This document shows positions 38,608 through 47,577 of a stretch of DNA of 64,000 nucleotides, piece after piece. A model generated the notes under the pieces. It was not told the origin of the DNA, made no database searches, and worked only from the letters and a program-made list of their open reading frames with translations. Within the stretch, counting starts at the first letter, position 1. Each line of letters begins with the position of its first letter. Source of the DNA: an uncultured Pseudomonadota bacterium (GTDB lineage: Bacteria; Pseudomonadota; Gammaproteobacteria; Steroidobacterales; Steroidobacteraceae). The translations under genes were made by a program, and so were the position numbers. Where the stretch lies: the NCBI GenBank assembly GCA_902826635.1, contig CADEFQ010000008.1, positions 23,271 to 87,270 of the forward strand, read 5' to 3'.

Positions 38608-39186
38608 ATGAACATAGATACAGCCCTGCGCGAACTCGGAACAGTCGATGTGCGGGCGCTGCGCGAGGCGATCCTTGCGCAGCGTGAAGAAGCATGGAAG
38701 GAAGACCAGTACCGGCAGGAAGCGTTCGAGGTTCACCACGCTACGGAATCGATCGTGATGCTGTTCGCGCAGATCGATCGCTGGCCGGACCTCGTCGTCA
38801 GGAAAGAACCGGGTTGGCCGCGCTTGTCGGGGGCGGCGTTACCCTTGATGAATGACATCATCAAGCAGCATTACCCGCCGGGCGGAACCGTCATCCGGGC
38901 CATGGCGGCGAAGCTGCTGGCCGGTGGAACGATTTCGCCGCACGTCGACATGCACCCGTCGTTTCATCACGGCCATCGCATTCATGTGCCGATCACGGCC
39001 AATTCGCGTGTGCGATTCATGATCGACGGCCGTCCCTACCGGTTCAAGGTCGGTGAGGCGTACGAAATCAACAATCAAAAGACGCACTCGGTGATGAACA
39101 AGGGCAACGAAGATCGCATCACGTTCATCTTCGACTACGTGCCAAAAGACCACATCGGCCAGATCGCACCCCCGCTCGGTGCCTAG
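38608..39186 (+). CDS. Aspartyl/asparaginyl beta-hydroxylase-family 2OG-Fe(II) oxygenase
   Basis: 192 aa: ISPHVDMHPSF ... RIHVPI ... EAYEINNQKTHSVMN, i.e. an HxD...H facial triad in a cupin context. Trimmed from ORF 38446..39186. Confidence 0.7.
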   Translation: MNIDTALRELGTVDVRALREAILAQREEAWKEDQYRQEAFEVHHATESIVMLFAQIDRWPDLVVRKEPGWPRLSGAALPLMNDIIKQHYPPGGTVIRAMAAKLLAGGTISPHVDMHPSFHHGHRIHVPITANSRVRFMIDGRPYRFKVGEAYEINNQKTHSVMNKGNEDRITFIFDYVPKDHIGQIAPPLGA

Positions 39187-39201
39187 GCGGGCGTATCGAC
39201 A

Positions 39202-40101
39202 TCAGGATGCTGGCGGACCTTTGCAAACACCGGATGCTTCAATCGCCGCCGGAATGGTTGCGAGATCGCGTGTTGCCACCACATGAGCGCCCGCGACTCC
39301 CGGTATCTCCGCCAGTTGTTGCAGTTGCTCGGCGCAGATACGCACGCTTTCCTGCTCCGGGTCCGCGGCCTGCCTGATGCGGCGAACGATGCCCGGCGGG
39401 ATATTGATATTCGGCCGGTTCTCGCACAACCATCGCGCGTCGTCAGCAGAACCGGGAATCGCAAGTGCCACAAAGACACTCAGCCGTCGTGGCAACCCGT
39501 TTGCCACCAGGTGCTGCATGTAGTTGCGCAACAGCGGAATGTTCATGCACACATGAGTCTGCACGAACTGTGCGCCGGCATCGGCCTTGCGGGTCAGCTT
39601 CTCGGGCTTCCAGCCGGGTTCCGGCGCATGCGGCGTCACCTGCGCGCCGATGAAGAAATCCGGTATGACCCGCAATCGATCATCACGCTTCAGTTTTGAT
39701 GCGGTGGCGATGAGCTCGGTTGCCTCGACGTCGAGGACCGCTTTGGGTCGAGGTTCAAAGCCATCGGGGACTCGACTGCCGCGAATCGGCATGAGACTGG
39801 TGACGCCGAGCGCCGCGGCACCGAGTAGCTCGCCCCAGAGCGCGATGCGATTTCGATTGCGGCAGGCGAGCTGCACGATCGGGTCCATCTCACTGGCGAT
39901 CAGCAAGCTTGCTGCCGCGAGGGTCGACATGTGGACGATGCCGAATTGATTGTCGGTCACGAGCACGCCGCTGACATGTTCCCGCAGCAGATAGGCGGCC
40001 TCGCGAATCATTTCGGGGGTCGTTTCCGGCTTGAGGAATATTTCCGAGGAAACGACAAAGCCGGTCGTGCGGCTGGCGTCCTTGAAAGTCTTCAGTTTCA
40101 T
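39202..40101 (-). CDS. Methylenetetrahydrofolate-reductase-family protein (MetF-like, divergent)
   Basis: 299 aa. The overall pattern resembles the MTHFR TIM barrel (VTDNQ, QLACRNRN, KADAGAQFVQTHVCMN, IPGSADDARWL) but is not a close E. coli MetF lookalike. Confidence 0.6.
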   Translation of the reverse strand: MKLKTFKDASRTTGFVVSSEIFLKPETTPEMIREAAYLLREHVSGVLVTDNQFGIVHMSTLAAASLLIASEMDPIVQLACRNRNRIALWGELLGAAALGVTSLMPIRGSRVPDGFEPRPKAVLDVEATELIATASKLKRDDRLRVIPDFFIGAQVTPHAPEPGWKPEKLTRKADAGAQFVQTHVCMNIPLLRNYMQHLVANGLPRRLSVFVALAIPGSADDARWLCENRPNINIPPGIVRRIRQAADPEQESVRICAEQLQQLAEIPGVAGAHVVATRDLATIPAAIEASGVCKGPPAS

Positions 40102-40450
40102 TCAGATCTGCATTCCGGGCATCACTCAATTCCACGACGTGGAATAGACTCGTCGGCCGGGCATGACCGGGGGCGAAGCATGCGGCAATATACCCACGCG
40201 GTCTACGCAAGCCCGGCCTCCTGCACACGGGCCATACGGCTGGCACAACGCGCAGTGGGCGACGCTCGGTCTGTCCCACGGGGGAAATCTCTGTGGAACC
40301 TTTGATTTCCGGAGTAATCGCGATCGTTGCTCCCGGGAAAACGAAATATCCCTCTTTGCCAGTCGCGTAATTTCTGAGCCACATGGGGTCACGCGCCGGG
40401 GAGCAACGTAAATGCGCGGCAAATCCGCAAGTGACGCACGAGGATCATGC

Positions 40451-40480
40451 TTCACATCGTGATCTTGCGTTGCCTATACT
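40451..40480 (+). promoter_or_regulatory. Sigma70-type promoter candidate for the TonB-dependent receptor gene
   Basis: TTCACA (40451-40456), 18 bp, TATACT (40475-40480), in an AT-richer stretch about 100 nt upstream of the receptor ATG. Confidence 0.35.
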
Positions 40481-40576
40481 GAAAAGTACGACCTATGCTG
40501 CCTCCGGGCGACGCATGCCTGGATGCAGTTGCATTTCGAAATCAGCTTACGATCGGCCATTCGGGGGAATCCGCCA

Positions 40577-43036
40577 ATGACAAGCGCGCAGTCGAAAAGC
40601 GTCACGCAACGAGTCGATGAGGATTGCCCGGAATTGCAGGCTTGGGCCTGGAAAGCGCACCCGCTAACCCCCGTTGTAACGGCCGTTGTCAGCGCGCTCT
40701 ACCCCGCGGCCTCCGCGCTAGGCCAATCTCCCGGGCAGGGGGCACTGGAAGAAGTTGTCGTTACGGCAACCAAGCGTGAGATCAACCTGCAGGTCGTCCC
40801 GCAGAGCATCACGGCGTTCTCGAGTCTCGACATCGAGAAGATGGCCTTCAAGAACATGGAAGACTACATGAAGGCGCTGCCGAGCGCGTCGCTGGTCAAC
40901 ACCATGCCGGGTCGAAATTCGCTGTCGATGCGCGGGATTTCGACCGGATCGGAGGAGTTTCACACCGACAGCCAGGTCTCGGTGTATCTCGACGAGCAGC
41001 CGATAGGCGCGATCTCGAACGAACCGGAAGTGCGGATGGTCGACATCGCACGCATCGAGTCGTTGCCGGGCCCGCAGGGAACGCTGTTCGGATCGAGCTC
41101 ACAATCGGGCACGCTGCGCATCATCACCAACAAACCGGAATTTGACGGATTCTCCGGCCAGGCAGATGCGTCGATTGGCACAACCCACGGCGGAGACGAG
41201 AGCTACGACCTGAGCGGGCATCTCAACATACCGCTGGTCGACGACAAGCTGGCCCTGCGCATCGTCGGTTTTTCGGCCCACGAGGGGGGCTATGTCGACA
41301 ACGTGGTCGGTCCGACCATTTCCGGCCAGGCCGGTGCCTTTGGCAGTCCGGGCGATAACTCCGCGATAGCAAAGAATAACCAGAACACGTACGACATATA
41401 CGGCGGACGGGTCGCCGCGCTGTGGAAGATCAACGACCGCTGGAGTGCGGATCTTGGCTACATCGCGCAGTACAGCAAGGCCGACGGCACCTGGGCGACC
41501 GACCCGGCGCTTGGCGACTACAAGGTAACGCGTTTTTTCCCGGAGTACCGCAACGACGACTGGTGGCAGACCTCGCTGACGATCAAGGGCGATCTCGGGT
41601 TTGCCGACTTCGTGTCGGCGACTTCGTACTACGATCGACACTCAAGCTACGAATGGGACAACATGACCTACAACCAGTGGCAGACCAGCTACTACGGTGC
41701 CCCCGGTTATGTCGCGATATACGATTTCCAGTACGAGTTCGGCTCGACATTCGATAACAGCTGGAACCGACGCACCGCGCAGGAACTGCGCCTGACTTCG
41801 CGTGGCGACAGCAAGCTGCAATGGATGATCGGCGGTTTCTACGAGGACATGAACCTCGCATGGAAGCACGGCGCCCAAATCCCGAATCTGATGCAGACCA
41901 ACGGCTGGGCCGCGGCCCAGGACTACGCCTGTACCTACCAGGCCGCCGGCTACGATGTCCCGTGCCCGTTGCCGGCAACGAACAAGATCTACGTCAACAA
42001 CTTCAACAAGACCATCAAGCAGACGGCCGTGTTCGGCGAGCTGTCCTATCAACTTACCGATGCCTGGAAAGTGACCGCCGGCGCGCGCTGGTTCCAGTTC
42101 GATCGCGAAGATCGCCAGGCCCTTGGAACCGTTGGCGGCCTGCCGCCTCGGGGTTCGTATGGCGGTGGCGAAGGGGTTTTCGCCAGCCAGGGCAAGAACA
42201 ACAGCACGGTCCTGAAGTTCAGCACGCAGTACGACCTGTCTGACGACCGCATGATCTACTTCACCTACAGCGAAGGTTTCCGGCTGGGCGGCAACAACAG
42301 CCTCCGGGCGGCGGCTACCGGATCGATACCGGCAACCTATGAGCCCGACCTGCTGAAGAACTACGAACTGGGATTGAAGAGCGAGTGGTTGGACAAGCGC
42401 CTGCGCCTCAACGTCACGCTCTTCGACATGAAATGGACCGACATCCAGATCTATTCGCGCGTGGGCGGAGGTCCGTGGTGGCTCAGGGGTACCTTCAACG
42501 GAAAAACCGGCGAAAGCCGCGGCGCTGAAATCAGCGGGGCATGGCAAGTCACGGGCAATTTCGCCCTGAAAGGCAGTGCCTATCTTGCCAAGTCCGAATA
42601 CACGGCGGATACCTTCGATCCCCGGGGCAACCTTTTTCTGGCGAAGGGCCAGGAAATGCCGAACGCGCCGAAGCAGAAATTCTGGCTGGCCGCCGAATAC
42701 ACGATCCCGCAATTTGCGGGATTGCCCGGCGACCTGTGGTTCCGCTATGACGCCACTTATCGCGGCGAGGCCTGGGACAACCTCACCGCGGCTGAGGACA
42801 ACGATCCAGGGGGGCGCATCCCTTCCTGGCGTTCCGACAACTTCCAGGTCGGCCTGAATCTCAATAGCGGGTTGGAGGTTTCCCTGATGGCGCGCAACAT
42901 CTGGGATCAGGCAGGGGTGTCTGCCATCAACTACTCCCACACCGAGTCCGACTGGTTTGGCGATGCGCGATTCCGCAACGAGCGCACCTTGCAGCGGCCA
43001 CGCACGATCACTCTCAGCCTGCGGAAGCGGTTCTAG
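40577..43036 (+). CDS. TonB-dependent outer-membrane receptor
   Basis: 819 aa: signal region, plug (EEVVVTATKRE, DEQPIG, IESLPGPQGTLFGSSSQSGT), a long beta-barrel, and a terminal ...TLSLRKRF (C-terminal Phe). Trimmed from ORF 40523..43036. Confidence 0.9.
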   Translation: MTSAQSKSVTQRVDEDCPELQAWAWKAHPLTPVVTAVVSALYPAASALGQSPGQGALEEVVVTATKREINLQVVPQSITAFSSLDIEKMAFKNMEDYMKALPSASLVNTMPGRNSLSMRGISTGSEEFHTDSQVSVYLDEQPIGAISNEPEVRMVDIARIESLPGPQGTLFGSSSQSGTLRIITNKPEFDGFSGQADASIGTTHGGDESYDLSGHLNIPLVDDKLALRIVGFSAHEGGYVDNVVGPTISGQAGAFGSPGDNSAIAKNNQNTYDIYGGRVAALWKINDRWSADLGYIAQYSKADGTWATDPALGDYKVTRFFPEYRNDDWWQTSLTIKGDLGFADFVSATSYYDRHSSYEWDNMTYNQWQTSYYGAPGYVAIYDFQYEFGSTFDNSWNRRTAQELRLTSRGDSKLQWMIGGFYEDMNLAWKHGAQIPNLMQTNGWAAAQDYACTYQAAGYDVPCPLPATNKIYVNNFNKTIKQTAVFGELSYQLTDAWKVTAGARWFQFDREDRQALGTVGGLPPRGSYGGGEGVFASQGKNNSTVLKFSTQYDLSDDRMIYFTYSEGFRLGGNNSLRAAATGSIPATYEPDLLKNYELGLKSEWLDKRLRLNVTLFDMKWTDIQIYSRVGGGPWWLRGTFNGKTGESRGAEISGAWQVTGNFALKGSAYLAKSEYTADTFDPRGNLFLAKGQEMPNAPKQKFWLAAEYTIPQFAGLPGDLWFRYDATYRGEAWDNLTAAEDNDPGGRIPSWRSDNFQVGLNLNSGLEVSLMARNIWDQAGVSAINYSHTESDWFGDARFRNERTLQRPRTITLSLRKRF

Positions 43037-43042
43037 AATCGC

Positions 43043-43966
43043 TTGAAGTTGATCACGACTTCAGTCGTACGAGGCAGCCAGCAGGGACAGAGCCACGGTG
43101 GCGTTTACCTGATCGATCCGCAGAGCCAGTCGGTGGTGCAGACCATTGACTGGAACCGCGCCGATATCGACTGGCAGGGGCGTGGATGGGACCGCGGCCT
43201 GCGCGGCATCGCCTTCGACGGCGAAACGGTCTATATCGCCGCCAGCGATGAACTGTTCGCTTACACCCCGGCGTTTCGTCGCGTCGGCTCCTGGCGCAAT
43301 CGCTACCTGAAGCATTGCCACGAAATCGCCGTTTACGGACGCAGCCTGTTCCTCACTTCAACGGGATTCGACAGCATCCTGGCGTTCGACCTCGACAGCC
43401 AGCGGTTCCACTGGGCAATGCAGGTGCAGGAGAAGGAATTCAACTTCAAGGGAGTCGTTTTCGATCCGATCTCGGACGATGGCCCATTGATGTTGAACAA
43501 GCTGCACCTCAACAGCATCCACTGCAACGAACAGGGCCTGTATGTCTCCGGACTGCGCTCGGGCGGCATGCTGCATTTCAACGGCAAGTCCATCCTGATG
43601 TCGGTGGAGCTACCCGCCGGAACTCACAACGCCCGGCCCTTCCGTGACGGCGTGTTGTTCAACGACAGTGAAGCCAACGCACTGCGCTACTGCGGGCGGG
43701 ACACCGACTCGGAGGATCGCGCCATGCAGGTGCCGGCCTATGAAACCGGGGATCTGGTGCACGCCGGCGAGGACACGATCGGCATAGCGAGGCCCGCCTT
43801 CGCCCGGGGACTCTGTGCACTATCCGATTCCCTGGTCGTCGGAGGCTCGTCCCCATCCACCGTCAGCCTGTACGATCTTGCGGCGAACCAGCGCCTGTGG
43901 TCCGTCAACCTGACCATGGACGTGCGCAACGCGATTCACGGGCTCGCTGTCTGGCCGTATGAATAG
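43043..43966 (+). CDS. Conserved-looking hypothetical protein, possibly a beta-propeller-like fold
   Basis: 307-aa ORF with a TTG start 6 nt after the receptor stop and no motif I can name. Repeated strand-like segments (GIAFDGETVYIAASD, LFLTSTGFDSILAFD, GLYVSGLRSGGMLHF, LVVGGSSPSTVSLYD). Confidence 0.55.
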   Translation: MKLITTSVVRGSQQGQSHGGVYLIDPQSQSVVQTIDWNRADIDWQGRGWDRGLRGIAFDGETVYIAASDELFAYTPAFRRVGSWRNRYLKHCHEIAVYGRSLFLTSTGFDSILAFDLDSQRFHWAMQVQEKEFNFKGVVFDPISDDGPLMLNKLHLNSIHCNEQGLYVSGLRSGGMLHFNGKSILMSVELPAGTHNARPFRDGVLFNDSEANALRYCGRDTDSEDRAMQVPAYETGDLVHAGEDTIGIARPAFARGLCALSDSLVVGGSSPSTVSLYDLAANQRLWSVNLTMDVRNAIHGLAVWPYE

Positions 43967-43972
43967 TGCCTG

Positions 43973-45937
43973 TCAGAGGCCTGCGTTCCGCACCGTCTCC
44001 GGCAATTCGCGAATGATATCGTCCAGGTCTTCCAGCCACGCGCCGAGGTGTTCCTCGTAACGCCGCCACTTGCCCAGCGCGCCGCGATAGATGGGTTGTC
44101 GTACCTGTTCCGAGCTTGCGGTTTTCACGGCGCGTTCCGTTTCGTAGTATCGCAGGCACTGCTCCTCGAAGGGCAGTCCACAGAACGCCAGAATTCGCTT
44201 CACCTGCGCTTCGAAGTCCATCACGGTCTCTTCGTAGTGCACGTCGAGCACCTTGCCCGGCAGCACGGCATGCCAGTGCGACATGACAGCGTGGTATTGC
44301 CGGTAATACTCGGCAAGCTCAAACATGTCGTAGGTGAAGTGCTGGCCCTGCCCGAACAGCTGCTTGTAGCTGCCCAGGCAGCTGTCGAGTGGATGTCGGC
44401 GCGCGTTGATCACCTTCGCGTTCGGCAGAATCAGGTGCAGCAGGCCCACATGTGGAAAGTTGTTGGGTAACTTGTCGGTGAAAAATGGCCGGTCTGTCCG
44501 CCGATGGCGTCGGGATTCATCCAGATACTGCTGCCCGTAGGCCCGCCAATCCTTGTTGCGCAAGTCCCTGGCCGCTTCCGGGTACTGCAGGTTGTCGCGC
44601 CGATAGCGCCCGATGGAGTGGGCGATCTTGCCGAGGATCGGCAGCTCCGCGGTGCCTTCGACCTGACTGTGGCTGGCCAGGATCTGTTCGACCAGGGTGG
44701 ACCCGCTGCGCGGCAGGCCGACGATGAATATCGGGTCCGGATCCGCGCAGCCGTGGCCTTCGCGTTGCGTGAGGAATTCCCTCGTGAAGACCTTCACGAT
44801 CGATGATTGGCGGACTTCGAACTCCGTAGGGTCGTACTGGACTGTGCCGCGTTGCGCCTGATTGCCGGTGTGGTAGTAATGCCAGGCACGGTCGAAATCG
44901 CCAAGGTCTTCGCAAGCCTTGCCCAGTGCGAAACGGAAATGGATCTCCGCACTCTTGCCGAGATCATTGCGCTCGAGCTGCTTTTCCATCGCAGCCACCT
45001 CGTGGTCTTCGAATTTGAAGACCTTGAGATTGGCCATGCTCCAGTAAACCTCCCCAAAGTCAGGCCTCGACCTGATGGCGGCCCGGTAGGCCTGCAACGC
45101 AGCCGCCTGGTCGCCGACAGTTTTCAGTACGTGCGCGTAACCCATCTGGGCGTTTGCCAGGTCGGGGTCGATTGAAACAGCCTTGGCAAAAGCCTGGACA
45201 CTTTCCTCCGCGTTGCTGGCGCGTGCATGCGCGCTGCCGAGCGCACCCCAGACATCCGCACGCGCGGGCGCAAGCCGGGTGGCCTCCTTGAAGATTTTTA
45301 TCGCATCCAGGAACTTGTTCCTCTCCATCAGCACCTGCCCAAGCAACATCCATGCAGCGAGGAAATCCGGGGCTGTCCGGGTCGCTTGACGCAGCAGCGC
45401 TTCCGCGTCGTCCAATCGGACCTTCTTCGAGAAATAGGCACCCGCGAGGTGGCGCATGGCATCGACGTTCTGCGGATGCTCCTGCAATACTGCCTGGAGC
45501 GATTCAATGGCGGCATCGATCAGGCCGGCCCGCAGCTGCTTCATCGCATTGGCCACCGGCTCCCTGCCTTCGCCAAGCTCCAGGTATTCCTGAAATTCCT
45601 CATCCGCTTCCTTGCCTCTGCCCACGGCAACGAGCGCCTGCCCAAGTTTCCTGTGCGCCAGCGGCAGCCGCGGCTCTACCTTGATGGCTTCTTCGAGCCA
45701 CGGGATCGCCTCGGCGTATCGGCCCTGCATGGCGAATATGCTGCCCATGTCTTCAAGGAGAAAAGGCGATTGAGGATCCAGCTCCAGTGCCAGGCTGATC
45801 TGTTGCTCAGCCTCCGGCAAGCGGCCCTGCTTCATCAACGCATGCCCAAGCAATCTCCGATGCTCCCCGCAACCGGGGCAGAGAAGAAGATAATCGCGGC
45901 AAATCTCTTCCGCGCGCAGTGGGCGATTGGCACGCAT
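43973..45937 (-). CDS. TPR-repeat protein fused to a PAPS-dependent sulfotransferase domain
   Basis: The N-terminal half has many TPR units (GRLPEAEQQISLALELDP, GRYAEAIPWLEEAIKVEP ...). The C-terminal half has the sulfotransferase 5-prime-PSB motif IVGLPRSGSTLVEQIL and RHPLDS. Trimmed from ORF 43973..46375 to ATG 45937, downstream of the lrp stop. Confidence 0.8.
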   Translation of the reverse strand: MRANRPLRAEEICRDYLLLCPGCGEHRRLLGHALMKQGRLPEAEQQISLALELDPQSPFLLEDMGSIFAMQGRYAEAIPWLEEAIKVEPRLPLAHRKLGQALVAVGRGKEADEEFQEYLELGEGREPVANAMKQLRAGLIDAAIESLQAVLQEHPQNVDAMRHLAGAYFSKKVRLDDAEALLRQATRTAPDFLAAWMLLGQVLMERNKFLDAIKIFKEATRLAPARADVWGALGSAHARASNAEESVQAFAKAVSIDPDLANAQMGYAHVLKTVGDQAAALQAYRAAIRSRPDFGEVYWSMANLKVFKFEDHEVAAMEKQLERNDLGKSAEIHFRFALGKACEDLGDFDRAWHYYHTGNQAQRGTVQYDPTEFEVRQSSIVKVFTREFLTQREGHGCADPDPIFIVGLPRSGSTLVEQILASHSQVEGTAELPILGKIAHSIGRYRRDNLQYPEAARDLRNKDWRAYGQQYLDESRRHRRTDRPFFTDKLPNNFPHVGLLHLILPNAKVINARRHPLDSCLGSYKQLFGQGQHFTYDMFELAEYYRQYHAVMSHWHAVLPGKVLDVHYEETVMDFEAQVKRILAFCGLPFEEQCLRYYETERAVKTASSEQVRQPIYRGALGKWRRYEEHLGAWLEDLDDIIRELPETVRNAGL

Positions 45938-45987
45938 GGCCGCGAGGGCGGACGCGATGCTCTCGTCCTTTTTCTGAGGCGCGCTGC

Positions 45988-46512
45988 TCAAGGTGCGGCT
46001 TCTTCCTGATTCGAGAGCTTCAGCAGCGCCAGGTCGACCTCGCGTTTCACTGATTTCGAGACGGGGTAGGTCGTGAAGTCGATCTCGTCCGAGAGGGTAG
46101 CCAGCAGTATGCCGATGATTTCCTGATAGTGCCCGATGCTGACGGCAAGCACTGTCACGATGTAGTCGATGTCTCCGAGCACCGCCTCGCATTCCACGAT
46201 GTTGGGAATTCCGGCGACCGCCGCCTCGAAACGGCGCGCCTTGGGCGGTGTCCAGTCGCGCAGCGAAACTGTCATGCGAAAGCGAGTCAGCCGCGCAAGC
46301 TGCACGAGATCGATGTCGGCGTGGTAGCCCCGTACCAGTCCCGCCTTCTCGAGGCGCTCGATGCGCGAACCGCACGGCGTGGGCGACAGGCCGATGATCT
46401 CCGCGAGCTTCACCTTGGTCATGCGGCCGTCGCGATGCAGAGCCGCGAGGATCCGCATATCGAAGGCGTCGAGCAATGGATGCTGCCGCAGATTGCCAGT
46501 TGAGTCGGACAT
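45988..46512 (-). CDS. Lrp/AsnC-family transcriptional regulator
   Basis: 174 aa: LDAFDMRILAALHRDGRMTKVKLAEIIGLSPTPCGSRIERLEKAGLVRGY plus a C-terminal RAM-like domain. Confidence 0.88.
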   Translation of the reverse strand: MSDSTGNLRQHPLLDAFDMRILAALHRDGRMTKVKLAEIIGLSPTPCGSRIERLEKAGLVRGYHADIDLVQLARLTRFRMTVSLRDWTPPKARRFEAAVAGIPNIVECEAVLGDIDYIVTVLAVSIGHYQEIIGILLATLSDEIDFTTYPVSKSVKREVDLALLKLSNQEEAAP

Positions 46513-46596
46513 CGGCCGATCACCATCATCGATGCTGATGCGCGGAAACGATAGCGGCTGCGCCCGTGCTTGCCAACACCTTTCGGGTCGGCGTTC

Positions 46597-47577
46597 TCAA
46601 CCCCACACATCCGATGCCGGCGGGTGGATCACTGTTCCCTCGAACCGCAGGCCCGGCGTTCGATCCTGCGCGAGCAGTAGCGGACCGTCGAGATCCACGA
46701 ACTCGGCGTTGCGCGCGACGAGCATGGCAGGCGCCATCGCGAGCGAAGTGCCCACCATGCAGCCCACCATGATTCGCAGCCCGAGCCGACGGGCTTGCGC
46801 GTCGAGTTGAACGGCTTCAGTCAGGCCGCCGGTCTTGTCGAGCTTGATGTTGACGAATTGATACTTGCCCGCGACTTCAGGCAGCGAGCCGGTATGCAGG
46901 CAGCTCTCGTCGGCGCACAGCGGCACCGGAGAGCGAAAGCCGGCGAGCGCCGCGTCCTTGCCGTGCGGCAGCGGCTGCTCGATCAGCTCGACTCCCACCG
47001 CGTGCAGCGACGGAGCGAACGCCTCGAGCTGCGCGAAAGTCCATGCTTCATTGGCGTCGACGATCAGTCGTGCTCCGGGGGCAGCGTCACGCACCGCCTG
47101 CACGCGGGCGATGTCTCCTTCACCCTTGAGCTTGATCTTGAGCATGGGATAGCGGCGGGCGGCCGCGGCCTGTTCGGCCATCGCCCCGGGATGATCGGCA
47201 CTGATCGTGTAGACGGTGGTCAGAGGCCGGGGCTCGTCGAGACCTGCGAGCCGCCAGGCGGGCATTCCGGCGCGCTTCGCCTCGAGGTCCCACAGCGCAC
47301 AGTCGAGCGCGTTGCGGATCGGGCAGGCGGGTAGCAGCTTCGAAAGCGCCATCCTGGAAAAGCCAACGCGCTCGATGTCGGGACGGAGCTGTTCGAGTCG
47401 GCGCATGCCCCGATCGATCGCGGACAGGTCATTCTCGTGCACCTCGCATTCTCCGCGCCCGGTATGGATGCCTTCGCGAAGTTCCACGACCACGGGGTAC
47501 GCCTCGTGAATCGTGCTGCGGGAGATCTTGAAGGGGCGCGCGAGCGGCCACCGCTCGCGCCGGAAGGTCATCTGCAT
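46597..47577 (-). CDS. Enolase-superfamily dipeptide epimerase / N-acyl amino-acid racemase-like enzyme
   Basis: 326 aa: KIKLKG, LIVDANEAW, IEQPLP, LCADES, VNIKLDKTGGLTEA (the KxK and metal-ligand D/E/D pattern of the MLE subgroup). Confidence 0.8.
   Translation of the reverse strand: MQMTFRRERWPLARPFKISRSTIHEAYPVVVELREGIHTGRGECEVHENDLSAIDRGMRRLEQLRPDIERVGFSRMALSKLLPACPIRNALDCALWDLEAKRAGMPAWRLAGLDEPRPLTTVYTISADHPGAMAEQAAAARRYPMLKIKLKGEGDIARVQAVRDAAPGARLIVDANEAWTFAQLEAFAPSLHAVGVELIEQPLPHGKDAALAGFRSPVPLCADESCLHTGSLPEVAGKYQFVNIKLDKTGGLTEAVQLDAQARRLGLRIMVGCMVGTSLAMAPAMLVARNAEFVDLDGPLLLAQDRTPGLRFEGTVIHPPASDVWG

Noticed and set aside
40102-40576. Possible cobalamin or other riboswitch ahead of the TonB-dependent receptor
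   Set aside because: I could not find a B12-box-like GCCACTG core or other familiar conserved riboswitch blocks by eye. It remains an open question for an Rfam scan and is not called as a feature.
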